The notes beneath the pieces were generated by a model that was not told the origin of the DNA, made no database searches, and was given only the letters and a program-made list of their open reading frames with translations. A stretch of DNA of 64,000 nt. Source: Bacteroidales bacterium. GTDB taxonomy: Bacteria; Bacteroidota; Bacteroidia; Bacteroidales; UBA10428. The stretch covers positions 6,700 to 70,699 of the forward strand of contig JAFGSZ010000087.1 in the NCBI GenBank assembly GCA_016934395.1, written 5' to 3'. Below are positions 1 to 10,500 of this stretch, piece by piece; the stretch's first letter is position 1; each line of letters starts with the position of its first letter. The translations under genes were made by a program, and so were the position numbers.

Positions 1-1096
1 TCTGGGCAATATTGGCCATTTTTACCCGGTCGCAATGATTGTTAAAAATATTCAGGTAAATGGAAGCCGTAAGCGCATCGCGCAGCGTGTTTTGCTGGTA
101 AAGGAATCCGGGATTTGTTCCGGGTTCAACATCGTGCCAGTTTCCCCATTCGTCAGCATATAACCCGATTTTTTTATCCGGATCGTACTTGTCCATTATC
201 GCCATATGTTCTTTTAAATTTTCTTCCATCTGAAAATTTTTCGAAATGGTTTTAAACCATTCATTTTCATCGAAATTGGTGGCAGAACCTTTCTTTTCCC
301 AAGTATTACAAACAGTGTAATGATGATAGGAATAACCCTGAATAAGGTCCTGATGGTTTTTTGTGCTGTTCATCACGGTTTCGGTCCATGCCGGATCATC
401 GTTTAATCCCCCGCTTGCAATCCGGTATTCGGCGCGGCAATAAGTTGCATAACGTTTATACAGAGAGGCATAATAAGAAGCATCCATATTTCCTCCGCAG
501 CCCCAGTTTTCGTTACCAATACCCCAAAACTTAACCTTCCATGGTTGTTCCCTTCCGTTTTGTTTTCTCAGCCTGCTCATCGGATTATCATTATCTGAAG
601 TTACATATTCAACCCATTCAGATGCTTCTTTAACGGTTCCGCTGCCAACATTAACGGCTATGTATGGTTCAGTACCCAGAATTTCACACAAATCGAGAAA
701 TTCGTGTGTGCCAAAACTGTTATCTTCAGTAACATTGCCCCAAAACATATTCACTATTGGGGGACGGTTTTCTTTTGGCCCGATACCGTCTTTCCAGTGA
801 TATGAATCTGCAAAACATCCACCCGGCCAGCGTAAAACCGGCAAATTTATACCTTTTAATGCTTCAATAACATCATTTCGTAATCCACGGGTATTTGGTA
901 TTGGTGAATCCTCGCCAACCCATATACCATCGTATATGCATCTTCCCAAATGTTCGGCAAAATGCCCGTAAATATATTTGCTGATCGTGTCTTTTCCCTC
1001 TTCGGTTTTTACAATCAGTTTATTTTCCTGTGATAATAAAGGAAAACAAAAACCCGAAAGAATAATAACAAAAATAGTCAGGTTAATTTTTTTCAT
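1..1096 (-). CDS. abfA: alpha-L-arabinofuranosidase, GH51 family (5' part only; gene runs off the left edge)
   Basis: Not in the ORF track because it is open at the window edge. My translation of the minus strand from ATG 1096..1094 gives a signal peptide (MKKINLTIFVIILSGFCFPLLSQ). It continues YGHFAEHLGRCIYDGIWVGEDS...LRWPGGCFADSYHWKDGIGP...FWGIGNENWGCGG, which is typical of GH51 and includes the GNE acid/base motif. It lies 4 nt downstream of araD. Confidence 0.85.
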   Translation of the reverse strand, partial: MKKINLTIFVIILSGFCFPLLSQENKLIVKTEEGKDTISKYIYGHFAEHLGRCIYDGIWVGEDSPIPNTRGLRNDVIEALKGINLPVLRWPGGCFADSYHWKDGIGPKENRPPIVNMFWGNVTEDNSFGTHEFLDLCEILGTEPYIAVNVGSGTVKEASEWVEYVTSDNDNPMSRLRKQNGREQPWKVKFWGIGNENWGCGGNMDASYYASLYKRYATYCRAEYRIASGGLNDDPAWTETVMNSTKNHQDLIQGYSYHHYTVCNTWEKKGSATNFDENEWFKTISKNFQMEENLKEHMAIMDKYDPDKKIGLYADEWGNWHDVEPGTNPGFLYQQNTLRDALTASIYLNIFNNHCDRVKMANIAQ

Positions 1097-1100
1097 AATA

Positions 1101-1802
1101 TTAGGATTTTAATTTTTTTTGTTGACCATAATAAGCATCTTTCCCATGTTTTCTGAAATAATGTTTATCAAGAAGATATTTATCTACCGGCTGTGTATTG
1201 CCCAGCACCTGGGTCCTGAATGCCATTTTTGCAACCTCCTCAAGCACTACGGCATTATGAACTGCCTCATCAGGGTCCTTACCCCAGGAAAAGGGTGCAT
1301 GGCCATTAACTAACACTCCGGGCATTACATTATAATCGAGGGTTTCAAAACATTCAACAATAACGTCACCTGTAGATTTTTCATAAATTTTTTCGGTTTC
1401 ATACCTGGTGAGTTTACGGGTACAGGGAATTTCACCATAAAAATAATCGGCATGAGTTGTACCATATGCCGGAATACCCTGCCCTGCCTGAGCCCATGAG
1501 GACGCCCATTCACTGTGGGTATGAACTACCCCTCCGATATTTTCAAAGTTTTTATATAAAACCAGATGGGTAGGAGTATCCGAAGAAGGGATCAGGTTAC
1601 CCTCAATAACTTTTCCATCAAGGTCTACAACCACCATATCAGTAACTTTCATCTGATCGTATGAAACCCCGCTGGGTTTTATTACCACCAGTCCCTTTTC
1701 CCGGTCAATACCACTTACATTACCCCAGGTGAAAATTACAAGGCCATGTTTTACCAGGTCCAGATTGGCCTTTAGTACGGATTGCTTTAAATCGCTGAGC
1801 AT
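1101..1802 (-). CDS. araD: L-ribulose-5-phosphate 4-epimerase
   Basis: 233 aa, collinear with E. coli AraD: [70 protein letters not shown]. Confidence 0.95.
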   Translation of the reverse strand: MLSDLKQSVLKANLDLVKHGLVIFTWGNVSGIDREKGLVVIKPSGVSYDQMKVTDMVVVDLDGKVIEGNLIPSSDTPTHLVLYKNFENIGGVVHTHSEWASSWAQAGQGIPAYGTTHADYFYGEIPCTRKLTRYETEKIYEKSTGDVIVECFETLDYNVMPGVLVNGHAPFSWGKDPDEAVHNAVVLEEVAKMAFRTQVLGNTQPVDKYLLDKHYFRKHGKDAYYGQQKKLKS

Positions 1803-1819
1803 AATATTAAGGTTTAAAT

Positions 1820-3325
1820 TTAGCGGATGCCCTTTGCCATATAATAGTATACTTCATTTAATTTAATTTCTTTTTTAAAATCAGTGATCCTGGTGTTTTC
1901 ATCAATAACCAAACATTCTATTCCTGCCATCTCGGCAAAATCAAGGATATGATTAACTCCCAGAGCCTGTGTAAATGCTGTATGATGAGCACCCCCGGCC
2001 AGTATCCAAGCCCCGGCAGCTGTTTTTAAGTCCGGTTCGGGTTTCCACAACACCCTGGCTACCGGAAGTTTTGGAAGCTCGGGAGCATCAATAACCTGTA
2101 CCTTGTTTACCAGCAGCCGGAAACGATTTCCCATATCCATCAGGGAAACATTCAGCGCTTCCCCTTCGGGAACTTTAAATACCAGCCTTACCGGATCGGC
2201 TTTTCCACCAATAGACAAGGGGTGAATTTCCATATTCGGTATGCCTGCAGCAATTGATGAACATACCTCAAGCATATGCGCTCCAAGGACTTTCATTCCG
2301 GCAGGATCGAGATGGTAGGTGTAATCTTCCATAAAAGAAGTTCCTCCGGGTAATCCTGTTGCCATTACCTTCATTGCCCTAAGAAGGGCTGCGGTCTTCC
2401 AGTCACCTTCAGCACCAAATCCATATCCCTGCTGCATAAGCCGTTGTACTGCCAGGCCTGGAAGTTGAATTAATCCGTGCAGGTCTTCAAAATTTGTGGT
2501 AAATGCAGTAAAACCACCTTGTTCTAAAAATTTTTTAAGTCCCAATTCTATCCTTGCTGCATTCTTTATAGCAGTTAGATTAGAAGTTTCAGTAAACAGG
2601 GAAGGGTGAAAAATATATTGATCTTTATACTCATCCAATAAAACATTTATATCGTTGTCAGAAATTTCGTTTACCGCTTCCACCAAATCGCCTACACCAT
2701 AACCGTGCACAGAAAAACCAAACTGAATTTCAGCGGAAACCTTATTCCCTTCGGTAACAGCTACGTTACGCATATTATCACCAAACCGGGCAACCTTCAA
2801 CACTGAAAGTTCGTGTTTTCCAAGGGCAGCCCTTAACCAGACATCCAGCTCAGAAACAACATCTTTGTCCTTCCAGTGACCCACAATAATTTTCCTGTCG
2901 ATACCCATCCGGGCATTAATAAACCCGAATTCCCGACCTCCATGAGCTGATTGGTTCAGGTTCATAAAATCCATATCAATTTGCCCCCATGGGATATCTC
3001 TGTTAAATTGCGTATGGAGGTGAACATATGGCTTAGCCAGTATATTTAATCCTGCAATCCACATTTTAGCAGGTGAAAAAGTATGCATCCAGGCAATAAG
3101 TCCGAGACATTTATCAGAATTATTGGCTTCAAGGCATACTTTCCGTATGGCGTCTGATGTTGTAAGTACGGATTTGAATTTCAGAAGTACGGGTGTTTGA
3201 ATTGTTTCTGACAATCCTTTAACTATTTCTTTTGAGTTTTCTTCTACCTTTTTTAGCGTTTCCTCGCCATACAAATGCTGGCTTCCTGTTACAAACCAGA
3301 CTTCATAATTTACAGATTGCTTCAT
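1820..3325 (-). CDS. araA: L-arabinose isomerase
   Basis: 501 aa, collinear with E. coli AraA: [88 protein letters not shown]. Confidence 0.97.
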   Translation of the reverse strand: MKQSVNYEVWFVTGSQHLYGEETLKKVEENSKEIVKGLSETIQTPVLLKFKSVLTTSDAIRKVCLEANNSDKCLGLIAWMHTFSPAKMWIAGLNILAKPYVHLHTQFNRDIPWGQIDMDFMNLNQSAHGGREFGFINARMGIDRKIIVGHWKDKDVVSELDVWLRAALGKHELSVLKVARFGDNMRNVAVTEGNKVSAEIQFGFSVHGYGVGDLVEAVNEISDNDINVLLDEYKDQYIFHPSLFTETSNLTAIKNAARIELGLKKFLEQGGFTAFTTNFEDLHGLIQLPGLAVQRLMQQGYGFGAEGDWKTAALLRAMKVMATGLPGGTSFMEDYTYHLDPAGMKVLGAHMLEVCSSIAAGIPNMEIHPLSIGGKADPVRLVFKVPEGEALNVSLMDMGNRFRLLVNKVQVIDAPELPKLPVARVLWKPEPDLKTAAGAWILAGGAHHTAFTQALGVNHILDFAEMAGIECLVIDENTRITDFKKEIKLNEVYYYMAKGIR

Positions 3326-3343
3326 TATATTTTTTATAAATTT

Positions 3344-4993
3344 TTACCAGAAATAAATATAGAATACGATTATAATTGTAAGAATGATAACTGAATGGGC
3401 CACGTCCCAATTATTCCAGCTTGCCCGGGTTTCAATCTTTTCTTCAGCAGTTGCAGTGCCATAGGTAACTCCCACCAGCTTTGCTTTTTCCAGGGGTTTT
3501 GTGAGAAGCGATACAATCACAATTACCAGAATACAAAGGAAAAATAAATAAATTTCATAATGCAGCCAGTTAGGGGCCAGAAAAACTTTGTAAATAAGGC
3601 TTTCTGCATTTATGCCATTTTCAAATACTTTTAAACCAAGTCTTGTCATGCCTAGTACAAATCCGGTAGCTAATCCGGTAAAACCGGCAGCCGGAGTGGT
3701 ACGTTTCCAGAATACACCCAGCAGAAATACCGAAGCAATACCGGGAGCAAGTAAAGACTGAACATCCTGAAGATAGGCATATAATACTTTCCCTATACCC
3801 TTCATTACCGGAATCCAAAGGATACCAAAAATAACAATTGCAGCAGTGGCAATACGACCCACAATAACCAGGTGTTTTTCAGTAGACTGAGGTCTGTATT
3901 TTTTATAAAAATCTACTGTAAATAGCATAGCTGATGAATTAAACAACGATGCCAGCGAACTCATTAATGCTGCTATTAAACCACCCACAACCACACCTTT
4001 TAATCCTGCAGGAAGAATTTGAGAAACTAAAGCTGCAAAGGCTGCATCGGAAGATGAAAGATCTAATTTTCCCTGTTGAGCTAAAGCAAAGGCGATCATT
4101 CCGGGTATGAGAAAAATAAATACAGGAAGAAGTTTTAAATAGGCACCGAAAATGGCCCCGCGCCTGGCCTGTTTCTGATCCCTGCCGGATAACACACGTT
4201 GTACAATATACTGGTCGGTACACCAGTACCAAAATCCGATGATTGCCGAACCAAGGAGTACTCCGGTCCATGGAAATTCGGTATCTTTTGGGGACCGAAT
4301 CAAACTGGTCATTGAATCACCAAAAGATGTGGTATTTGCCCGGCAAATGTCCATGAGTGAACCCCAGCCTCCCACTTTTTCAAGTCCTATTATCAGGATC
4401 ACTATTGACCCAATTAACAATACAGGTGTTTGCAATACCGATGTGTATAAAACGGATTTCATTCCTCCGACCACAGTAAATATCCCGGTAACAACTACCA
4501 ATCCGACTGCACCGATCCAGAAAAAATCAATTCCCATAAATTCGTCAATGCCAAATACTTCTTTAAATACTATTCCACCCGCATATACTGTAACCGCAAC
4601 TTTTGTAAGTACATAGCTAACCAGTGATATTATGGATAAAAAAGAACGAGAGGCAGGATTAAAACGTTTTTCAAGGAATTCCGGCATGGTGAATATTTTA
4701 GTCCTTGCATAAAAAGGAACAAATACCCATCCCAGTATCAGGATAAGCCATCCATGCATTTCCCAGTGCGCCATGGCCATTCCACTTTCCGCACCTGCAC
4801 CCGCAAGTCCGACTAAGTGTTCCGAACCAATATTCGATGCGAAAATTGATGCACCAATAGCTATCCATCCGGCATTTCTTCCAGCCAGAAAATAATCGGT
4901 TGAGGTTTCCTCTTTCTGAAGGATCACCCACCAAACAATGCCTATTAATACTAAAAAGAACAGGCCTAATACAATCCAGTCTAAGGTAGTCAT
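3344..4993 (-). CDS. sodium:solute symporter family (SGLT-like) sugar transporter
   Basis: 549 aa and polytopic. It has SSS-family motifs (DYFLAGR, IGASIFASNIGSEHLVGLAG, WYWCTDQYIVQRVL). It is the first gene of the co-directional transporter-araA-araD-abfA block, which has gaps of 18, 17 and 4 nt. Confidence 0.85.
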   Translation of the reverse strand: MTTLDWIVLGLFFLVLIGIVWWVILQKEETSTDYFLAGRNAGWIAIGASIFASNIGSEHLVGLAGAGAESGMAMAHWEMHGWLILILGWVFVPFYARTKIFTMPEFLEKRFNPASRSFLSIISLVSYVLTKVAVTVYAGGIVFKEVFGIDEFMGIDFFWIGAVGLVVVTGIFTVVGGMKSVLYTSVLQTPVLLIGSIVILIIGLEKVGGWGSLMDICRANTTSFGDSMTSLIRSPKDTEFPWTGVLLGSAIIGFWYWCTDQYIVQRVLSGRDQKQARRGAIFGAYLKLLPVFIFLIPGMIAFALAQQGKLDLSSSDAAFAALVSQILPAGLKGVVVGGLIAALMSSLASLFNSSAMLFTVDFYKKYRPQSTEKHLVIVGRIATAAIVIFGILWIPVMKGIGKVLYAYLQDVQSLLAPGIASVFLLGVFWKRTTPAAGFTGLATGFVLGMTRLGLKVFENGINAESLIYKVFLAPNWLHYEIYLFFLCILVIVIVSLLTKPLEKAKLVGVTYGTATAEEKIETRASWNNWDVAHSVIILTIIIVFYIYFW

Positions 4994-5015
4994 AAAAGCA
5001 AGTTAAGGTTAGATA

Positions 5016-5043
5016 TTAAAAGTAAATTCTACTTTTAAAAGTA
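5016..5043. promoter_or_regulatory. candidate operator or leader hairpin upstream of the arabinose block
   Basis: Perfect 9-bp inverted arms TTAAAAGTA (5016..5024) and TACTTTTAA (5030..5038) with a 5-nt spacer. A third AAAAGTA half-site follows directly (5037..5043). The element lies 23-50 nt upstream of the transporter start at 4993. Confidence 0.25.
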
Positions 5044-5265
5044 AGGGAATATTTTGAAATAAAAAAACGATTTATACATTTTATCTGTATGATATTATTG
5101 ATTGTTCAAAAATAAACTAGCTGGCGCATCTAATATTTAAGCATTTGCTAAAATATCTCTGATATAAATTACAGGTTTTTTTTTAGAAACAGAATGTAAT
5201 ATTTTATACTTTTGAGTTTTTTATATTAAAAAGGGAATAGGTTTAAATCTGATAACTGTGGGACT

Positions 5266-7416
5266 ATGTTCCTGAAAATTGATCTGACACTGCCCCTTAC
5301 TAACCCGGTATTAATTTTCACCTTAATATTGTTTATTATTCTTTTTTCTCCCCTTCTTTTAAATAAATTAAAAATTCCTGCCATTATCGGATTTATTCTG
5401 GCGGGTATAATAATCAGTCCGTATGGTCTGAACCTGATGGTGCGGGACAGCAGTATTATCCTTTTTGGTACGATAGGCTTTTTGTATCTTATGTTTCTTG
5501 CAGGACTGGAAATTGATTTGTTGGATTTTAAAAAGAACAGCACAAAAAGTATCGTGTTCGGCATGTATACCTTTTTTATTCCAATGATTACCGGAACCCT
5601 TATCAGCTTGTATTTTCTTGGATTTTCCATTATTACTTCCGTATTACTGGCCAGTATGTTTGCATCACACACTTTAATAACCTATCCTATTGTCAGTAAG
5701 CTTGGAGTTACAAAAAATAAAGCTGTAAACATAGCAATAGGTGGTACGATGATTACAGATACGCTGGCGCTTTTGGTACTGGCCGTTATTGCTGGTATGA
5801 GTGAAGGGGAATTAACCAGCGGTTTCTGGATGAGACTCAGTTTCTCCATTATAATTTTTGTATGCATTGTTGTATTTATATTTCCGATTATTGGGAGGTG
5901 GTTTTTTAAACATTACAAGGATAATATTTCGCAGTTTATTTTTGTTCTGGGTATGGTTTTTTTAGGAGCATTTCTGGCACAGGTTGCAGGAATTGAATCA
6001 ATAATCGGTGCATTTTTAACAGGTTTGTCACTAAACAGATTAATCCCAAGGACATCGCCCTTAATGAACAGGATTGAGTTTGTGGGAAATGCACTCTTTA
6101 TTCCTTTTTTCCTTATCGGGATTGGAATGTTGATTGATTATAAGGCTTTCTTTAAAAATTTTGAGACCATAAAGGTAGCTGTTACAATGACTGTTATTGC
6201 CACCGCTTCAAAATTTATCGCCGCCTGGTTCACTCAAAAAACATTCCGGTTTACAACAGATCAGCGGCGGCTGATTTTTGGACTGAGCAATGCCCAGGCT
6301 GCAGCTACTCTGGCAGCTGTGTTAATAGGGTATAATATAATACTTGGACATACTGAATCCGGAGAACCAATAAGACTCCTAAATGACGCAGTTTTAAACG
6401 GGACAATTTTAATGATTATGGTAACCTGCATTATTGCTTCTTATGTTACACAAAAAGGAGCACAGAATATTGTTGATTCAGGAACCGAAGAAACACATGA
6501 AAAAAAATCAGGCCCCGAAGAAAGAATACTTATACCGGTTAATAATCCGGAAACCCTGGAAGAACTTGTTAACCTGAGTATTATTATAAAATCAAAAATC
6601 AACAACACCGGATTATACGCCTTAAATGTAATCGAAAGTAAAAACACAGACGAAAAAGCAGCATACGAAGCCGGTAAATTATTAAGAATAGCCACAGTTA
6701 CAGCTGCAGCCACAGATAACCAACTACATGAATTATTACGATATGACCTGGATATTGTAAATGGAATTCTCAGTGAAGTTAAAGAATTTAATATTACAGA
6801 TCTGGTTATTGGTTTGCATCAGAAAACAGATATTACCGACAGTTTTCTGGGCAACCTTACAGAATGTTTATTAAATAAATGCAATATTACTACTCTGATT
6901 TATAAACCCGTTCAACCCTTTTCTACTTTAGGCAGGCATTTGATTATTATGCCCTATGCCGCGGAAAAAGAAACCGGATTTCCCTACTGGCTTATAAAAA
7001 TTTGGAATATTGCATGGAATACCGGAAATAAACTGGTTTTTTATGCCACAGTTGAAACTCTAAAATACCTAAGAAAGGTGAATATCAGTTATCCTATAGA
7101 TGCTGAATTTATTGAATTTGAGAATTGGGATAATATTTCTACGGTATCGCAGAAAACAAAAAATAACGATAACCTGATTTTTATACTCAGCAGGGCGGGT
7201 TATCCTTCATATAATTTTCATATGGCAAATATATCAGCCCTTATAAAAACATGGTTTAAATCAAATAACCTTCTTCTGATATATCCATTGCAACATACAG
7301 CACCGGCTAATAGAAATAATAATGGTGACTCAACTGCTGAATCAGTCATTATAGATGCCTCAAATACACAGGATGAAACTGAAAAAACAATAATCCGTCT
7401 TTTTAGAAGTAAATAA
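5266..7416 (+). CDS. cation:proton antiporter (CPA-type membrane domain) with a ~300-aa cytoplasmic C-terminal extension
   Basis: 716 aa. The N-terminal ~400 aa are polytopic, with a Kef/NhaP-like start (LNKLKIPAIIGFILAGIIISPYGL, FLYLMFLAGLEIDL). The C-terminal half is soluble and looks like tandem USP-like folds (ILIPVNNPETLEELVNLS...DLVIGLH). Confidence 0.8.
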   Translation: MFLKIDLTLPLTNPVLIFTLILFIILFSPLLLNKLKIPAIIGFILAGIIISPYGLNLMVRDSSIILFGTIGFLYLMFLAGLEIDLLDFKKNSTKSIVFGMYTFFIPMITGTLISLYFLGFSIITSVLLASMFASHTLITYPIVSKLGVTKNKAVNIAIGGTMITDTLALLVLAVIAGMSEGELTSGFWMRLSFSIIIFVCIVVFIFPIIGRWFFKHYKDNISQFIFVLGMVFLGAFLAQVAGIESIIGAFLTGLSLNRLIPRTSPLMNRIEFVGNALFIPFFLIGIGMLIDYKAFFKNFETIKVAVTMTVIATASKFIAAWFTQKTFRFTTDQRRLIFGLSNAQAAATLAAVLIGYNIILGHTESGEPIRLLNDAVLNGTILMIMVTCIIASYVTQKGAQNIVDSGTEETHEKKSGPEERILIPVNNPETLEELVNLSIIIKSKINNTGLYALNVIESKNTDEKAAYEAGKLLRIATVTAAATDNQLHELLRYDLDIVNGILSEVKEFNITDLVIGLHQKTDITDSFLGNLTECLLNKCNITTLIYKPVQPFSTLGRHLIIMPYAAEKETGFPYWLIKIWNIAWNTGNKLVFYATVETLKYLRKVNISYPIDAEFIEFENWDNISTVSQKTKNNDNLIFILSRAGYPSYNFHMANISALIKTWFKSNNLLLIYPLQHTAPANRNNNGDSTAESVIIDASNTQDETEKTIIRLFRSK

Positions 7417-7504
7417 TTTAAAGAAACTAGAAATATAATTATAGAAATATCCAGGATTTTTAAAAATTTTCCTTGTTGTTATTTTTCCTGAGATACCTGA
7501 ATCC

Positions 7505-10500
7505 CTATTTTTTAATCATTTTTTTCAAGCGTTCAATTTCTTTCTTATAATCATGTTCTTTTTTTTGAAATTCTTCAGATTTCCTGTTCAACTCTTCCTC
7601 TCGTCTTGCAGCCTCTTCCTGTGTTGCCTGCATCTCTTCCATGTTTTGTCTTAGTTCTTCTTCTTGTGCAGCCATTTCTTCTGCGTGCATATTTGTCTGT
7701 TCAAGTAATCTATTTGTTTTAACGCTGGCTTGTAAGGTTACAAGGTGAGAAGTTATACTTTCGCTAAGCTTTTCAATAAAATGAACTTTAAATGCTTCAA
7801 GTTTTTTAAAAGAAGAAAGTTCAATAACACCAATTATAGTTTCATCGAGTTTTAAGGGTATAAGCAAAGAATTGGTAGGTGAGGCTTCACCCAGACCCGA
7901 AGTAAGCCTGGCATATGTGGATGGCAGGTTTTCGAGCTGAATAATTCGACATTCCTTAAAACAGGTACCAACCTCTCCTTCTCCGATTAAAATATGCTGA
8001 TTGTTTAACCGCTGTTCATCCAAAGCATAACCAGCTACAAGTTTAAGGTGAAGATCCTGAGGGTCATCGTCCTGAAATAAATATAAAGCACCCTGAATGG
8101 CATCAGTATAATTTACCAGATTTGTAATAATTGCATTACACAATTTCTCTGTATTTTCTTTATTCTTACTTAATATGTCGCTAAATTTTACCATTCCATT
8201 GTTAAACCATTTCTGGTCTTTTTCTGCAATTTCGCGTTCCTTAAGTTCCTTTTCAATATTCGCTACTTCAAGTTTTTGTTGTTCAACTAATTTTAATCCC
8301 TCCTGCATTTTATGTTCCAGTATTTCTTTATCATGCCGTATGTTTTTTACTCTGATTTTTATGAAATAATAGATAGAAAAAGAAATTGCTAAAATTACAA
8401 AAGCTACAAACCATACCGTTTTCCAAAATGGCGGTTTTACGCTGATAATTAAACTTACTCCCTCATTATTCCATATATTATCACTATTCGATCCGATAAC
8501 CCTGAAAATATAATCGCCTCCTTTAAGATTTGTATAGGAGGCATAACGTTTGCCGGCTGAAGTATAATTCCAGTCTTTATCAAATCCCTCAAGCTTATAA
8601 GCATATTGGTTTTTTTGAGGATTTGTAAAATCAAGCGCTGCAAACTCAAATCCGATTACATTTTGTTTATGCGTTAATTTTAATTTTTTTGTTTCTCCAA
8701 TCGTACGGTATACAGTTTTTCGTCCTTCCTTTGTTGGGATAAATTTTATCGGCTTATTATAAATCTGGAATGCTGTGATCACCACAGGTGGGATATAAGG
8801 ATTATCTTCAATTTTATCCGGATTAATAATATTAAATCCGTTATTTCCTCCAAAATACAATTCGCCGGTGCTGGTTTTACATTGAGATGTATAGTTAAAT
8901 TCATTTCCCTGCAGGCCATCGCTGATATCGTAATTTCTGAATTTCAGCGTAGTGGGATTAAACCTTGAAAGGCCCTTGTTTGTGGTAATCCAAAGGTTCC
9001 CAGAATTATCTTCCAGTATCCCGTTTATCGAATTATCCGGTAGGCCATCCTCTTTCCTGAACACAGTAAAAGTAAAACTATTATAATCGAGCAAATTTAA
9101 ACCGTCACCGGTTCCAATCCATAGGTTGCCGTTGTGGTCTTCATATATGGCTTTAATATCAAAGTGACTTATTGTAGTATTATCATCAGGATTATTTTGA
9201 AACCTTCTAAAAGTACCCTGGTCTCTGTCCATAAGATTTAAACCACCCCCATCAGTACCAATCCAAAGGTTGTCTTTACTGTCTTCAAAAATAACCTTAA
9301 GATTATTGCTGCTGAGCGTGGATGAATCTGCCTGGTTGCTTCTAAAATGTTTAAATGTGCCGGATTCTTTATCATACAGATCAAGTCCTCGTCCCATTAA
9401 TCCGAACCATAAATTCTCCTGACTGTCTTCATACACTGCCCAAACATTATTAAATCCAAGAGATAGCGGATCATCCGGATTATTCTTAAAGTGGCGGAAA
9501 GAATTTGTTTCTTTAATATAAAGATTCACACCTTCTTTATATGTGCCAAGCCATATATCCCCATCACTATCTTCATAAACACAAATTACAGCATCGGAAC
9601 TTATGCTTGACGGATTCTCAGGATCATGCCTGAAATGTGTAAACGATTTAGAAAACGGATCAAAAATATCCGCCCCTCCGCCATCGATCCCGAGCCAAAT
9701 ACGATTATTACTGTCTTCACAAATTGACATAACAATTTTGTATGACAGGCTGTTTGGATTATTTGGATCGTTAGTATAATGTTCAAATTTATATTTGTAC
9801 TTTTTATAAAAGTCAACACCCCCGCTGTAAGTTCCTACCCATACTATTTCTGAACGATCTTTGTACAGAGAATATATGGCATTTGTACTTATCCCCATAC
9901 TGTTTTTTGGATCGTATTTAATATACTCAAAAGTTTCCGCTGAAGGATCAAAAACGTTTATACCACCACCGTCGGTTCCAACCCAAATCTTACCTGATTC
10001 ATCTTCTAAAAAAGAGGTTATAGTATTATTATTCAAGCCTTCAGTATCCGAATAATAACTAAATTGATAAAAATTACGGGTTTTTATATTAAACCTGAAA
10101 AAGCCATCTCCTTCACACCCCATCCAAATATTCCCTTTACTGTCGCGGTATAATTTTTTACCAAAGTGCCCATTCGAAACATTTATGTTTTCCAATGGAT
10201 TGGGAATATATTCAAAACTTTCATTACTGATATCGAATCTGCTTATTCCTGAACCATTCGTGTTCACCCATAGAAATCCCTGTTCATCTTCCAACAGAGA
10301 ATATACCAGATTATCATGTATGCTGGTCTCTTTTCCTTCCACATGCAGATACCGTTTAAAAGTATCGGTCTCTTTTAGATACCGGTTTAACCCAAAAGAT
10401 GTCGCGATCCAAAGACTGTTATTGCTAAAAAGTAAATTTCTGATGGTATTGTTTGAAATTCCATTATCATTATCCGGTGAAGTAATATAACGAACAAATG

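Noticed and set aside
5207-5214. Bacteroidetes -7 promoter boxes (TAnnTTTG): TACTTTTG at 5207..5214 upstream of the antiporter gene, and TATTTTTG at 50962..50969 upstream of the pectate lyase gene.
   Set aside because: Neither has a TTTG -33 element at the expected distance. In DNA this AT-rich a six-position match is expected by chance at roughly the frequency I observed, so I do not report them as features.
5226-5672. A 148-aa minus-strand ORF across the antiporter start, and a 147-aa plus-strand ORF at 17700..18143 inside the vWA gene.
   Set aside because: They are antisense or off-frame to well-supported genes. Their basic, low-complexity products are typical of spurious frames in AT-rich DNA.
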